A stretch of 64,000 nt of DNA, from contig OX597817.1 in assembly GCA_951406725.2 (NCBI GenBank), forward strand, positions 62,558,001-62,622,000. Reading direction: 5' to 3'. Origin of the DNA: Octopus vulgaris. Its lineage: Eukaryota. Both the position numbers and the translations under genes were made by a program. Every line of letters begins with the position of its first letter. Positions within the stretch are counted from its first letter, which is position 1. Shown here in pieces: positions 44,064 through 59,689 of this stretch. The notes beneath the pieces are model-generated. The model worked only from the letters and a program-made list of their open reading frames with translations. It searched no databases and had not been told where the DNA came from.

Positions 44064-44559
44064 ATGATGAACAAACGCTTTTTCAAAATTAGTGGCATTT
44101 CACCCAATTTAGAAGTTATTATTTGGAGGTGCATGGCTCAGCGACAAGAGCATCGGGCTTACAATCGTGAGGCTGTGAGTTCGATTCCCACACTGGACTG
44201 AGTGTTCACCCAGTTCGTTCAGTTGTAGAAATGAATTGTGATGTTACTGGTGCCGAGTTGTATTGGCCTAGGTGCAATCGCATGGTTATTCCAGCCCAGT
44301 GTAGGAATCGAACTCACAGCCTCACGGTCAGGAATAGCCATGCGATTGCACCTAGGCCAATACAACTCGGCACCAGTAACATCACAATCCATTTCTACAG
44401 CTGAACGAACTGGGTGAACACTCAGTCCAGTGTGGGAATCGAACTCACAGCCTCACGATTGTAAGCCCGATGCTCTTGTCGCTGAGCCATGCACCTCCAA
44501 ATAATAACTTCTAAATTGGGTGAAATGCCACTAATTTTGAAAAAGAGCTTGTTCATCAT
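44064..44559. repeat. Near-perfect inverted repeat: 229-bp arms, 38-bp spacer
   Basis: 44064-44292 is the reverse complement of 44331-44559 with about 5 mismatches by eye. Each arm contains a tRNA-type SINE head (GGAGGTGCATGGCTCAG..GAGTTCGATTCCC). Confidence 0.95.
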
Positions 44560-44850
44560 ATCGTTGAGTACACAACTCAACTGGTTGTTTATTTTATCGT
44601 TCCTGAAGGGTGAAAAGCAATCCATCACTGTTTTGTTTCTCATTAAAGCATGGGTTCAGATATCTCCGGAACGCGGATTAAATAGATCCCAGAAGTTGAT
44701 TCAGTAAAATATATTAACAGTCAATAAATTTGCAGTTGGACACTGCAGATAATAACCAATTGAAAATATAACTATAGCTACAATATTATAACCATATCTT
44801 TTCATTTAGCTCCGGCTTATCAAATGCGTTTTAACATTCTATCCGAACAA

Positions 44851-45062
44851 GGTGGCAAGCTAATAGAATCGTTACAGCGCCGGGCAAAACTGCTTAGCGG
44901 CATTTCGTCTATCTTTATACTCTGAGTGTAAATTCCGCCGCGGTCCTCTTTGCCTTTCATCTTTCGGGATCGATAAAGTAAATACCAGTTGAGTACTGGA
45001 GTCAATGCGATCGACTAACTCCCTCTCCCGAAATTGCTGGCCTTGTATCAAAATTTGAAATC
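44851..45062 (+). mobile_element. SINE family A full copy (older tail) with ~13-bp TSD
   Basis: TSD AT(T/G)CTATCCGAAC at 44836-44848 and 45066-45078; tail GCTGGCCTTGTATCAAAATTTGAAATC. Confidence 0.88.
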
Positions 45063-45199
45063 AGTATGCTATCCGAACGTTTACTAAAATCTATGCAAAT
45101 TTTAAGCTGTCTAGTTCACTGATTGACCTCTGAAGATAATACACTAGATGGCCCACCACTTCAAACAGTACCAGGGATTTAGCGGCGTAATTTGATACG

Positions 45200-45830
45200 A
45201 GATTCAGATTACAAAGAAATGCTTCAAGGCGACCTTGAAGTAAGGAAAATTAATTAAGTATGCTAAAGTCATTACTCGATAAAGCAATAGATATAAGATA
45301 ATTGACTGAAATACAGATGTACAAATACACAGTAATCAATGAACTGGACTGCACAATTCACATACAATAAATAAAACGTTAAGAAGGAGTATTAAAATGT
45401 ATTAGATAAAACGAATTATGAGTGCATTTTAAAAACCATACAAAATTTTATATAGAAAGATTATATACACAACTATTACATTGACAGAGGGGATCTTATG
45501 TAATCGGAAAATTATAAAATATCATAAAATCTTCTATCGTAGTAGAGTCACACAGATATCTAGAAGTGATCGAAGGGAAGTTAATGCAAACAACTAGGAA
45601 ACGTCAACATGTTGTAGGTGATCAAACAATATGGAGAGAGATAGAGATTCCAAATCACATGATTTGTAAATATGTAACAGCATAAAGAAAACAGCTCTAA
45701 GAGGAACTGCATACAGATTACATAGCAATAACAAGATCAAGGCAAAACACTGTATGTCTCGAAGGCACATAGATCTGCCCGTGGTAACATAACAAAATAA
45801 ATTAAGAATTCTTCTTAGATTAGTTATATA
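45200..45830 (+). pseudogene. Very decayed R4/Dong-like LINE fragment
   Basis: Remnants KCFKATL, YKY..INELD, KEY and ERLY...RG in the same order as at 21120-21545. Confidence 0.45.
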
Positions 45831-46774
45831 CAGATACAGAAAGTCCTAAAATTTTCCAAGGAAATGAAAAGGAATGAACGAAAATGAAGTAGAGTCTTTC
45901 TGTTCTTACATTTTTACGTCTAGTGCTGGAGATGATTGTCCCTTTCATGTAGTAGCATCACAGTCTTTCTCTAGCGCAAGACGAACATTCTTAAAGGTAA
46001 TACTGTAAATATTCTATTTTATTTTACATTATTTTCTTTTATTTTATATCATTCCATTCCGTTTCATTTCGTTTCTTTGGAAAATTTGAAGACATTCCGT
46101 GCTTTTGCATAAAGTAGGGTACAGTTTCTTCATTTCCTCTAACCAACTTTATTGTTATTACCAATATACTATTCTGTACCAAAAGCATTTTATTACAATA
46201 CACACACTCACATACACACATACACACACACATACATATATATCGTACAAGGAGTGTATGACTTCTGAATCTAAGTCCAAGAAATAATCAAACTTATGGT
46301 AGTAAATGATACGATATTCCAAAACGATATACATCCTGCTGTGTTCGTTTAGAATAGTTCTGGTTTGGTCTCATGTGGTTGGCATATCCAAATGTTGGAA
46401 CCAAATCAATTTTACGATCACAAAACAAACTTGATCGTGCTGTTAATCCTTACGGTTAGGAACCACACCAGGAATTTAATATCGAGGTCCAATAAGTTCT
46501 AACCTCAATAAGAAATATTCCGTTGACCCATACTAAACACGAAACACTGTATAATCTCATATGGATACTTATTAATTATAGTTAGTTTAAAGGTAAGATC
46601 TAACGAAACCATAAAGATTTTTTCTCTTTAGAATGACCATGACTGTGTTGGAAAAAGGTTGCTTCTCAGCGTGACACCATGACCAAATGTACTGAATAAA
46701 TCTATGGCCTCAGGCCGACCATTGTTTTGTCAGCGAATTTGATAGACAGAAACTCTTTGGACGCCCGTTGCATA

Positions 46775-48310
46775 TCGTATATATAAATGGCAATTTCTCT
46801 TTGTTTATCTGTCTGGCTGGCTCTCTGTCCCTCTGTCTGTTAACATGTTGCTGCCAAAACCAGGAAATCAATATTCACCAAACTTTGTATACATGTTGAA
46901 CTAAAATCGAGTTCAATTATAGGCGAATTAGATTTCAATAAAAATCTATGATTGTCCGACAATGGGAGCTGGGCTATTTAAAATGGGTGTGGTACAACAG
47001 TGTTAGGTTCAGGAAAATGTGGTATAATGACGGCGGCTGACATCAGGGAAGGGCAGGAGAGGGAAGAGACAGACGTAATCTTACGGCTACTAAATAAACT
47101 TTATTTTCATTTACATATTTGCATTACAAAAATTTTACATTATAATCTTTTCTATAAGTCAACTATCGTAAACATTTTATAACACAACGATTACGACGAC
47201 GACGTCAGATTTTCTATATTATGAGTGTGTAACTTAAAAGACATCTATTTCTCGATATGTTATGACGAAATACAGTCATTCACTCTCTCTCTCTTTCTAA
47301 CATGCACACGCACACATATATACAAAAAACATGTATGCACATGTATTTATGGATATGCATATGAAAGATGTGTGTGAGACAGAGAGACCGAATGAGTGCC
47401 ACTTACACATACATGACAATACACACCTTCACTCACTCACTTTCTCTCTCTCTCTCACAAGCATACCCACACACACACACGCGCGCGCGCGGGGCGCGTG
47501 CACAAGTCCATTTCATAGTCACGTGCATATATCTTTCACTTTCTCTTCTCTTTCAATTTTTGCTCCCTTCAAAGTATAAAGAAAACATTCGGAATTAAAC
47601 GAATACATTCAAAAACTGACTTACCGATTTTGACGTGTGGGGTATCAAAAGATTCACTAAACTTTCGGGTAACAAATAAACTTTATTTTCATTTACCTAT
47701 TTGCATTACAAACATTTATCATTATAATCTTTCTATACTTCAACTATCCTAAACGACATTTTATACCACGACGTAGATGACGTCACATTTTCTATATGAG
47801 TGTATACCATAAGAGACATCCATTTCTCTATTTGTTACGGGGAAATACAGTCACTCACTTTCTCTCTCACATGCATACGCAAGCACGCATACAAAAAATG
47901 TATGTATATGTATTTATGTACGTGTATAGGAAAGATAATGTGAGAGAGAGAGAATGAGTGTCACTTACACGTGCATGCCAAAAAATCCACACTTGAAAAC
48001 ACATAACTTCACTCAATCTCTCTCACACAAAAAAACGCACACATGCACACGCACACGTGCATGTCATATACACGTACATATATCTTTCACTTTCTCCTCT
48101 CTTTCACTTTCTGCTCTCACTTCAAAGCAAATGTCGCATTTTCACTTTCCCCTCTTTTTCAATTTCTACTCTCTTCAAAGCATAGAGAAATTTTTTTTAA
48201 TTTTACAGAAACTAACGAACAATCATATGATCCCTTATGATCGACCATAAGATCGAGCTGACAACTTCAAACGAAAGGATGCCATAAAATAACTTCATTT
48301 GGTACGCGCG

Positions 48311-48381
<71 letters not shown>

Positions 48382-49470
48382 GGTAAAATTTCTGTACGCA
48401 AAATTATATCTCAAATCCAATTGAAATCACCTAGACGAACCCAATTGAAACCACCAGATCTCCGATATAAATTTTAAAGGAATTTCCCCCAGAAATCCTG
48501 CCCTTCACCTATTTTTTTTAGCATGTCCGAGGTGACATTTGCGCCCCACCCCCAGCCCTGATTTTTTCCTAAATTTCTTCTGATTCCAATGTTTTCAATA
48601 TAGGAGATTAGGATTTCACCCAAAAAACACGTTCTGAATATTTTAATTTCCTCCCTTCCCATCTCAATTTTTTTATTTTTTACACTTGCGAATTTTTTCT
48701 TGGTAATCCACGGAAAAAAACAGAGAATACGAGTCTTTAAGAATTTTTTTCTTAAAGAAACACTAAAATCTCCTTTTTAAACATTCACCCATCACCTCAT
48801 CAGTCTCAAAAAGCTACAAACTCCCAATGTTTCACTTTTAGCTTTTTGGAAAGCGAGGAAATTTCTTCAGAAATAATGTCGTCTACCTGTTGGTTTTAGC
48901 ATGTCGGGTTTTCTGGTGGTGGTCTGTTATTTTTTATGACTGCTATTTCAGAACAATTCTATGCAGGCGTGAAACATCAGATGGAAATGAAACATTGGGT
49001 GTTTTTAGCTTTTTGAAAGTTGGTAGGTGAGATGGGGGGGAGGAGCACTGAGTGTTTCTTTAAGAAAAATTAAACTTTAAAAAAATATATTCCCCAGATT
49101 CTTAATCTATGTATTTTTCTACATGGATGCAAAAAAAAATTCGTAAAAAGTTAAAAATTAAGAAATTTCGGTGGGGATTGGGTAAAACAAAATATTTTGA
49201 AAACGTGATTTCCGGGCAAAATCATTTTAACCCCACATTTATACAATGAAACAATACATAGTTTGTGATCCTTCTTAAGAGCAGAAAGCACTTTCATGCA
49301 AACCCATGCAAATTGTACCCTCCCCTTCACTTTTAAACAAAAAATAACTTCCATTACGCCAGTAATTCAGTTCAGTATATACCAGCTGTCCTGATTCTGC
49401 CCATAAGAAAGGAACAAATAATGCAATATGGCTGTAGTTCATAACACCCGGACAACGCCGGGATGCATTG
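46775..49470 (+). mobile_element. ~2.7-kb non-autonomous Helitron-like element nested in a SINE family B copy
   Basis: 5' A|TCGTATATATAAATGGCAA followed by a (TCTG)-like tract and TTCACCAAACTTTG. 3' hairpin CCCGG-ACAACG-CCGGG at 49447-49462; terminal CTAG not preserved. SINE B 5' half (46640-46772) and 3' half (~49470-49705) flank it. Confidence 0.6.
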
Positions 49471-50531
49471 TGTGTGTGTGATTGCGCGCGCATGTGTGTG
49501 AGTGAGTGTGTGCTCACTACTCTCTGACAACCGATGTTGATTTGTTTACGTCCCCATAAGGTAGCGGTTCAGGAAAAGAGGCGAATAATTGTGTACCAGG
49601 CTTAAAAAGAAATAAGTACAGGAGAAGATTTGTTCGACTAATCCGTTGAAGACAGTGCTCCGGCATGGCCGGAGTCACATGACTGGAACCGATAAAAGAT
49701 AAGAAAATTAGTGAACATGAAACGCAGCAGCAAACACACAATTATGACAAGGCCCTAAGTTATTCTTTTCACACGAAAAAATTCAAATGTCAAGAGATAA
49801 AGATTATCGAATTTATTCAGGAGTAATTGTTTTGTGGAAGGAATTTTCGTTTGATTCCAAATGAGTTTGAAAACCCCACAAGACATTCAAAACTAACTAT
49901 TATGTGTACGATTAAACAAACAATTCTTTAACATTTATCCTTCGTTGGCGAAATGGAAAATGAGAAATCTGTCATGGAAAAAAAAAAGAATAACATAATC
50001 AAAAGACGTATAACAATAGTACAAAAATAAAGACATTTTGGCTTTAAGCAAATCATATCAGCAAAGCCATTTCAGATAAAATACTGCGAGAAACCTTAAA
50101 CGGTTTTTTTGTTTAAGAGAATAAGGTATATAAAATAAATGGCAAAAAATTTTACAGTTATATCAATGAAAAACGTGACATAAAATGGTACACTATCAAG
50201 AGTAACGACTGAAGCATATTAGGAGAAAATATGGCAGTGAATTATTTAGCCCTTTTAAGGTACAAAACGGATTAGATTTTTTATGGTTTTTCGCCATAAG
50301 TAGCGAACAGTTTAGAAGAATGAGAAAAACCAACAACAAACTGGAAATTGCTAGAATTGCTGAAGTGCGTACTTGCTGGATTTTACAATAATTAACGATT
50401 ATTCATCGAATTAAAGCAACAGATAAATCATATCTGTTTTTAAATCAGTACAGAAACAATTGCAACCATGGAACCAGCTGCTACAGACAGTATTATGCAG
50501 ACAAAGATAGAAGGCTATCACGTATAATTAT

Positions 50532-50732
50532 TTCTAATTTTAGCACAACACCAGCAATTTTGCGGATAGGAAGCAAGTCGATAATATCGATCCCAGAATT
50601 TGACTGATAATTTATTTTATCAACCCCGGAAAGTAAAAGGCAAAATTATTGTCGGAGGAATTTAAATTCAGAACGGAATGAGTCGGCAAGCATTTTTTCC
50701 CACCCTCTAACAATTCGGCTAGATCGCCGCCT
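50532..50732 (-). mobile_element. Degenerate SINE family A copy
   Basis: GCACAACACCAGCAATTTTG..TTATTTTATCAACCCCGGAAAG..GGAATTTAAATTCAGAACG..GATCGCCGCC. Confidence 0.7.
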
Positions 50733-50781
50733 CAGTCCATCCCAACTAATCGTTTCTATTATGAGCACAGGGTCTGATATT

Positions 50782-51107
50782 TTTGTTTTGTTTGTTCCTT
50801 CTCGAGCCATGCCTGGCTCATAAGGGCAGGGTTCTCGGTTTCCTTGGCGTTTAGGTTCCCCACCTGGACGGGACGCCGGTCCATCGCAGGTGTAATATAA
50901 CAAGGATATTGCTATAATATGATATAATATAATATAATATACTATAATATGATATAATATAATATAATATAATATGATATAATATAATATAATATAACAT
51001 AGATATTGCTATAATATAATATATCGCCCGGTCCGGTCTGAGATTCGAACCCACGATCCCTTGACCGCGAGTCCGCTGCTCTGACCAATAGGCCATGTGC
51101 GTCCACT
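50782..51107 (-). mobile_element. SINE family C relative with 13-bp TSD and an (ATATA/ATATT)-type tract in place of its central domain
   Basis: TSD AGGGTCTGATATT at 50769-50781 and 51108-51120; head TGGCCTATTGG..GGTTCGAATCTC; CCTGCGATGGACCGGCGTCCCGTCCAGG; (CAAAA) tail. Confidence 0.9.
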
Positions 51108-51354
51108 AGGGTCTGATATTAGATGGCGGAGCCTAGTGGATTTCCTCTGCCACAGTGCTCAACTGGTTCTTAGTATATCGACCCCGAGAGTATATAGCAA
51201 CTAATATAGATGTACCTACATATATCTTCCACCATAGAAATCACATTACGATAAAAAGAAGAAATAATAAACGAGTGAGAAGATCATCAGAAAGATACTT
51301 GAAGTCTTAACTAAATTGGATCAATATATCACACAATTGTCACTTCCAAACCTC

Positions 51355-51710
<356 letters not shown>

Positions 51711-52249
51711 GCCCTGATGCAGTACCAGGCAGTGGCTCTCATGGCTTCTGATCTTAACTGATTGGAAGTGTTATCATGTACATTGTTTTGTCTTGGTATA
51801 AAAATTGATGTCAGAGCGGACATACAATAAAATTTTGTAACGCTGTGATTCTCTTAGACAAGTGACACTCAAATTCGATTTGTGACACCCAATGCTACAT
51901 ATATAGCAACTAATATAGATGTACCTACATATATCTTCCACCATAGAAATCACATTACGATAAAAAGAAGAAATAATAAACGAGTGAGGAGATCATCAGA
52001 AAGATACTTGAAGTCTTAACTAAATTGGATCAATATATTAAAGAATGACTCACTTCGCTAAGCCAAAATCCTTAAACAACCACTATTCAGGACCGTTTGA
52101 GGGATGGGCTACTCAACCTGAAGAAAATTCTAACTGGGCCCCACCTGCAAGGTCATGTGCTGTTTATCTTGATATGAGATCACCATGTCGCGCACATATG
52201 GTTGTGATGCATGTGCCTGGTGTACCTTTATCAGACGGTAATAATGATG

Positions 52250-52320
<71 letters not shown>

Positions 52321-52700
52321 TTGCTAATAGAAATTGAAATGCTAAAAGAAATTGAAAAAATTTAGCATCTCAAGGCAACTACAGTACCAGTGATTGTAGG
52401 ATCTCTAGGAATGATAAAAAAAAAGGTACTGAAACCTATTTAAACATGATTCCAGGCTTACCATCCCTACAGGAAGTGCAAAAAATCGTATTAACTGGAA
52501 CGGCTCATGTACTATCGCTGTGAAAATAACATCCATCCATGAATTTATTTATTTATTTATTAATTTTTAAATGCATATATTATCTGTGAATTTGCACGTG
52601 TAATCTGGGAATGCATACAATGCCCTTCTCTCTCCTATGTGTATGGAAAACACTCGGCGAGAAACGGAAAATTTAAAGAAAGAAGGAAAAAACAATAACA
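52321..52700 (+). mobile_element. 3' end of an R4/Dong-clade LINE inserted in (AAT)n
   Basis: LLIEIE..HLKATTVPVIVGSLGMIK.. / GTETYLNMIPGLPSLQEVQKIVLTGTAHVL is the C-terminus of an RLE domain. It is followed by a 3' UTR and A-rich end, and is flanked by (AAT)n and (GAT)n. Confidence 0.85.
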
Positions 52701-52747
<47 letters not shown>

Positions 52748-52869
52748 ACGGGTGAAAACTCCTCCTCCTCCTGAGCTGATTAATGATACATCTAGTGATG
52801 ATGTCACAATAAAAAACACTGGTAATTGCGCAACCTGATAATCGCTACCTCATATGAGTGACAATGAAA

Positions 52870-53185
52870 AAACATAGTGGAACAGAAGAATCCAGGCAGG
52901 GTTAGACATGCTCTGGAAGGAAATCTTTGTGTTTGACCGAAAAGAGAAAGGGGAGCTTAAAAGCGAAAACAAATACAGGGCCCTGAAAAGGAAGTTTAAT
53001 ATTGAAAGAAGGGACCTGAAAGTAGTAGTGGAGGAACTGGAACAACCCCTCGTAGCAAAGAAAGATACGTAAGAAAGATGGAAAGATACGACCAAAGAAT
53101 GAAGGGTTACCACCAGAATAGGTTATTCGGAGTAGACCAGAAGTGATTCTATAAAGAAATAAATGGAAAGTGTACAGATTAAAAG
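52870..53185 (+). pseudogene. Fragment of the pre-RT region of an R4/Dong-type ORF
   Basis: WNRRIQ..L..L.KEI...RALKRKFNI...VVEELEQ.LVAK.. / RYDQRMKGYHQNRLFGVDQK*FYKEING. Confidence 0.7.
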
Positions 53186-53247
53186 TTGATACCAGATAAC
53201 CTGTCATATCTCTCAACGTTTCTTTCTTCCTTATAGCATACCTTGTT

Positions 53248-53322
<75 letters not shown>

Positions 53323-53344
53323 GAATTAATAAAAATAAATTGTA

Positions 53345-53830
53345 GCCTGAAGAACACTTGTACATTGTCTAGCCTGAATTTCAACACGGTTAACTGGAAA
53401 TCAATCTAAAAGGAGATATTCAAACATAACTGGCTTGAAATCATCTCTCAGCAAGACAATGACATTAAGCTAAATGAATTTATGTTAATAATGCAAAAGG
53501 TATGCATTCAATTTGTCTCAGAAAGAAAGTTCAATGTATAATTTCCAGAGGCCGAAATCTTCTGGTGAGAGAAGTAACACATTTCTCAGTTTGATCAAAT
53601 ATACAATTTATTAAAAGTAAATAACACTTGAAAAAGAGTAACTATTGAAAATTGAGAATAGGTTATAGCACATACATCAGAAGCAGAAAGTACGAAGGAC
53701 AACCAAATCTATACGTAAACATAAATGCTCAACGCATGTTTGTTTTCTAGTGATGGGCAAACATACTTGTTCAGTGACTTACAAAATAGAGCCACTATTT
53801 GAAAGAACTACGTAAATTATACCAATTATT
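53345..53830 (+). pseudogene. Old CR1-like LINE fragment (linker between endonuclease and RT)
   Basis: Remnants LNFNTVNWKSI..EI...NWLEII, KLNEFM..MQKVC..FV.ERK and IEPL (for IGPL). Confidence 0.45.
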
Positions 53831-53843
53831 TGAAGGAATCAAT

Positions 53844-54248
53844 AGGAGTGGCTGTGTGCTACGTAGCTTGCTAAAGAACCGCATGGTTTCGGTTCAGTCC
53901 CACTGCGTGGCACTACTATAGCCTCGGGCCGACCAAAGTCTTGTGAATGGATTTGGTAGACGGAAACTGAAAGAATCCATCGTATATATGTATGTATGTA
54001 TATATATATGTATGTGCGTGTGTGTGTGTTTGTGTGTGTGTACGTTTGTTTGTATGTGTTTGTCCCCCAACATCGCTTGACAACCGATGCTGGTGTGTTT
54101 ACGTCCCCGTAACTTAGCGGTTCGGCAAAAGAGACCGTTAGAATAAGTACTAAGAATAAGTCTTGGGGTCGATTTGCTCAACTAAAGGTGGTGCTCAAGC
54201 ATGGCCACAGTCAACTGACTGACACAAGTAAAAGAGTAAAAGAGTAGA
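53844..54248 (+). mobile_element. SINE family B copy with a small deletion in the CORE-like segment
   Basis: AGGAGTGGCTGTGTG..GGTTCAGTCCCACTGCGTGGCAC^TACTATAGCCTCGGG..GGTGGTGCTCAAGCATGGCCACAGTCAACTGACTGACACAAGTAAAAGAG. Confidence 0.9.
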
Positions 54249-54794
54249 ATCAACTAACTTCACCAAAGATGTATTGGTAAGTCCAAAAATGTTTTAATTT
54301 CTCCGTTGTAACATAGGTGAAAAAAATAGAGAAGGCAAACAGTGGCGTATGTGCAATTGTAGTTCCACTGAGACACACGCACAATGCCCCGAAAAAGATA
54401 CTACAGCATGCTCCACTTCCAGCGCTAAATTTGCTTTTTCTTCTTTCTCTTATTCTTTTAGGATGTTTATAGATGTCTTATATATAATTTACATTTAACA
54501 TTTCATTTCTTTATGTTACATCTAAAAGCAATATGGCCGAATAGTTAAGAAGTTTGCTTTGCAACCATAAGGTCCCTGGTGCGATCCCTCTACCTGGCGT
54601 CTTGTGCAAACGACATTGAATATAACTTCAGATTGACCCATAACGCCAGAATGAAATCGGGTTAACGTAAAATAAAGAAGCTGGTTGGGTGGATTTTACT
54701 TGTAATTCAAACGGTACAGCTTCGTTACATACAGTAAAACGCTCTCTGTCTCTCTGTCTCTCTCTGTCTCTCTCTATCTATCTATCTATCTATC

Positions 54795-54825
<31 letters not shown>

Positions 54826-55394
54826 CACTATCTCTCTCTCTCTCTCTCTCCATCTCTCTCTCTCTCTCACTCTCTCTCTGTCTCTCTCTCCCTCTCTGAG
54901 AATCCCGTTCAGGGTACACATGTCAATGGATTACTCAGCTACCTGCACGTTAATGTCTCAGCTGATAATTCACTTCACTCAACATTCGAATCCTCATCAT
55001 CAGACGACGGACATCCACCAACCGACATTATAACTAAGCAGTATTCTTGTTCTGAGTTTGTTCAAAGTGAGAAACATCAAATGTCAATGTGATACTGAAC
55101 AATATTAGCCACTGGTTCAGTCAACCAATATCTTCCTGTTGATTGAGTGGCCACAGAATTATTTATGATCAAGCGTGATATAAGGAAAGGTTACTTTAAC
55201 CCAGTAAACACTTGTTGTTTGTAATTCAACCGCCTTTTGGGGTGGAAATTAATGATGTAAATAATACCGTGGTCTCATACGAAGTGGTAGATAGGTGATT
55301 GCTACATTTTAGTGGCACAGGCCATGTTTGTATTGCTTTAGTTTTCAAATGTTGACATGTACTTTGTATACACCACAACACACTCGTACATAAG

Positions 55395-57199
<1,805 letters not shown>

Positions 57200-57633
57200 G
57201 GACACACATATGTATATATATACATATATGTAAATATATATATATATACATATATATACGCATATATTTATACATGCATATGTACATAAATGTATGTATA
57301 CACATGTGTGTGAGTATGTGTGTGTGTGGGTTGGTGGCTGTATGAATGTGAGTGTTTGTGTGTGTTAGTGTGTGTGTGCGCGCGCGTGTGTGTGTGTGTG
57401 CGCGTGTGTGTGTGTGTATTTGCATGTGTGTATGTATATGTATATACAGACTACCGTTAATGCAGCTCGCCTCAGAATTCTCATCCAAGAAATTCCATGG
57501 ATTTTCATACAAATAACGTTATAGAATATAAATATATAAGCACGCATAGTCATACACACACGCGGACGCGTACGAATATGTATGTATTTATACCCACGTA
57601 CATTTATGTGATCGTAAGTTGTATGTGCATGTG

Positions 57634-57664
<31 letters not shown>

Positions 57665-57784
57665 ATTAACATCTTGACAATGATAATAAATAAGGCTGCA
57701 AATCTAACAGCTCTGGACTGGTTTGTTTCTAATTATCGATCGATCTTCTTTGGATTGAACTGTATCTTAATTGTACGTTAGTAA

Positions 57785-57802
57785 AATAGATAGATAGAAA
57801 GC

Positions 57803-57873
<71 letters not shown>

Positions 57874-57908
57874 GCGGACGGACGGACGGACGGACGGACG
57901 GGCGGACG

Positions 57909-57995
<87 letters not shown>

Positions 57996-58034
57996 TGACG
58001 GACGGACGGACGGACGGGCGGGCGGACGGACAGG

Positions 58035-58127
<93 letters not shown>

Positions 58128-58132
58128 GGATG

Positions 58133-58217
<85 letters not shown>

Positions 58218-58279
58218 GCGGACGGACGGACGGACGGACGGACGGGCGGGCGGGCGGGCGGGCGGGCGGGCGGGCAGGC

Positions 58280-58371
<92 letters not shown>

Positions 58372-58372
58372 T
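57785..58372. repeat. Compound tetranucleotide satellite GATA/GACA/GACG/GGCG
   Basis: Directly visible. Confidence 0.95.
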
Positions 58373-58527
58373 GACAGCGGATAAATGAATGAAACTTAGT
58401 ATTATGAAATTGGTAGGAATTACAAAAAGCGCGGCAAATAAAGAGTAGATAGTGGAAGATGCAACATATGTGTGAGTGCGTAAGTATGTGTGTATGCGTT
58501 TGTGCGTGTGTAAGATAGTGTCTGGTT

Positions 58528-58610
<83 letters not shown>

Positions 58611-58739
58611 TAACACACACATGTATGTGTGTATATACATAGAAGAAGAGGGGGAGAGAATGAGGGACTCAGATTTATATTGATAACTGGTGGACGGATA
58701 GATGAATGTATTTACATGCATATATGTATACATACATAC

Positions 58740-58806
<67 letters not shown>

Positions 58807-58842
58807 CATATACATACATATATATACATATATATACACACA

Positions 58843-58903
<61 letters not shown>

Positions 58904-59007
58904 TTATGAATTTCTGTATGTGAAGAGTATTTGCATACTTGGATGGGTGTACGTGCGTATGTGTACGTGAAATGTGTTTTGGTCACACAAGCAATAGTTA
59001 TGAAACC

Positions 59008-59038
<31 letters not shown>

Positions 59039-59689
59039 CGTGTGTGTGTGTGCGCGCGCGTGCGTGTGTTTGTGTGTGTCTGTGTGTTGTGTCTCGAGAG
59101 GCCTATATTTCTTATTCGTCTAGGACATACATTATATGCTATGAATCCTTCAACTTGAAACCTAGCATCGTCTTGTCATGGCCGGCTAAGAAAGGACAAA
59201 GTATGGACATATGCTTACATGCCTCCATGTGTCCGTTTGTGCGTGTGTGTGTATGTGTGTGTGTTTTTCTGTGTGAGTGTGTATTGAAGTGTTTATGTCT
59301 GTATATGTATACGCATGTGTGCTCTGAACATATGTTTATGCAAGTGAGTAGCGTCGTTTTCTCTCAGTAGCAAGTAGTCGGTCCAGATTGCAGATCTCCT
59401 TGTCGCCCACGTTTTTGCTCTTTTACTCTTTTTTTACTTCTTCTTTCGCAGCCATTGACCTAGAGATGATGAGGTATTGAGGCTAGGTATATCACCTGCA
59501 TTAATTTCATCAGTGTGAAGCTGATGAACTACGAGTAGTGGGGTGGTGGTAGTATTGGTGGTGGAGCTTATAAAGCGGTTCGTAAAGATGTGTGGTAGTG
59601 TTCGGCTGCCCTTGAAAAAAATTATGGAAACAAACGAAAGGACAATGAGAAAATAACGATGTGAGGGATTATTTGTGTGTTGAGTTGAT

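Noticed and set aside
57729-58901. 390-aa ORF, the longest in the track
   Set aside because: Made almost entirely of (TA)n and GATA/GACA/GACG repeats.
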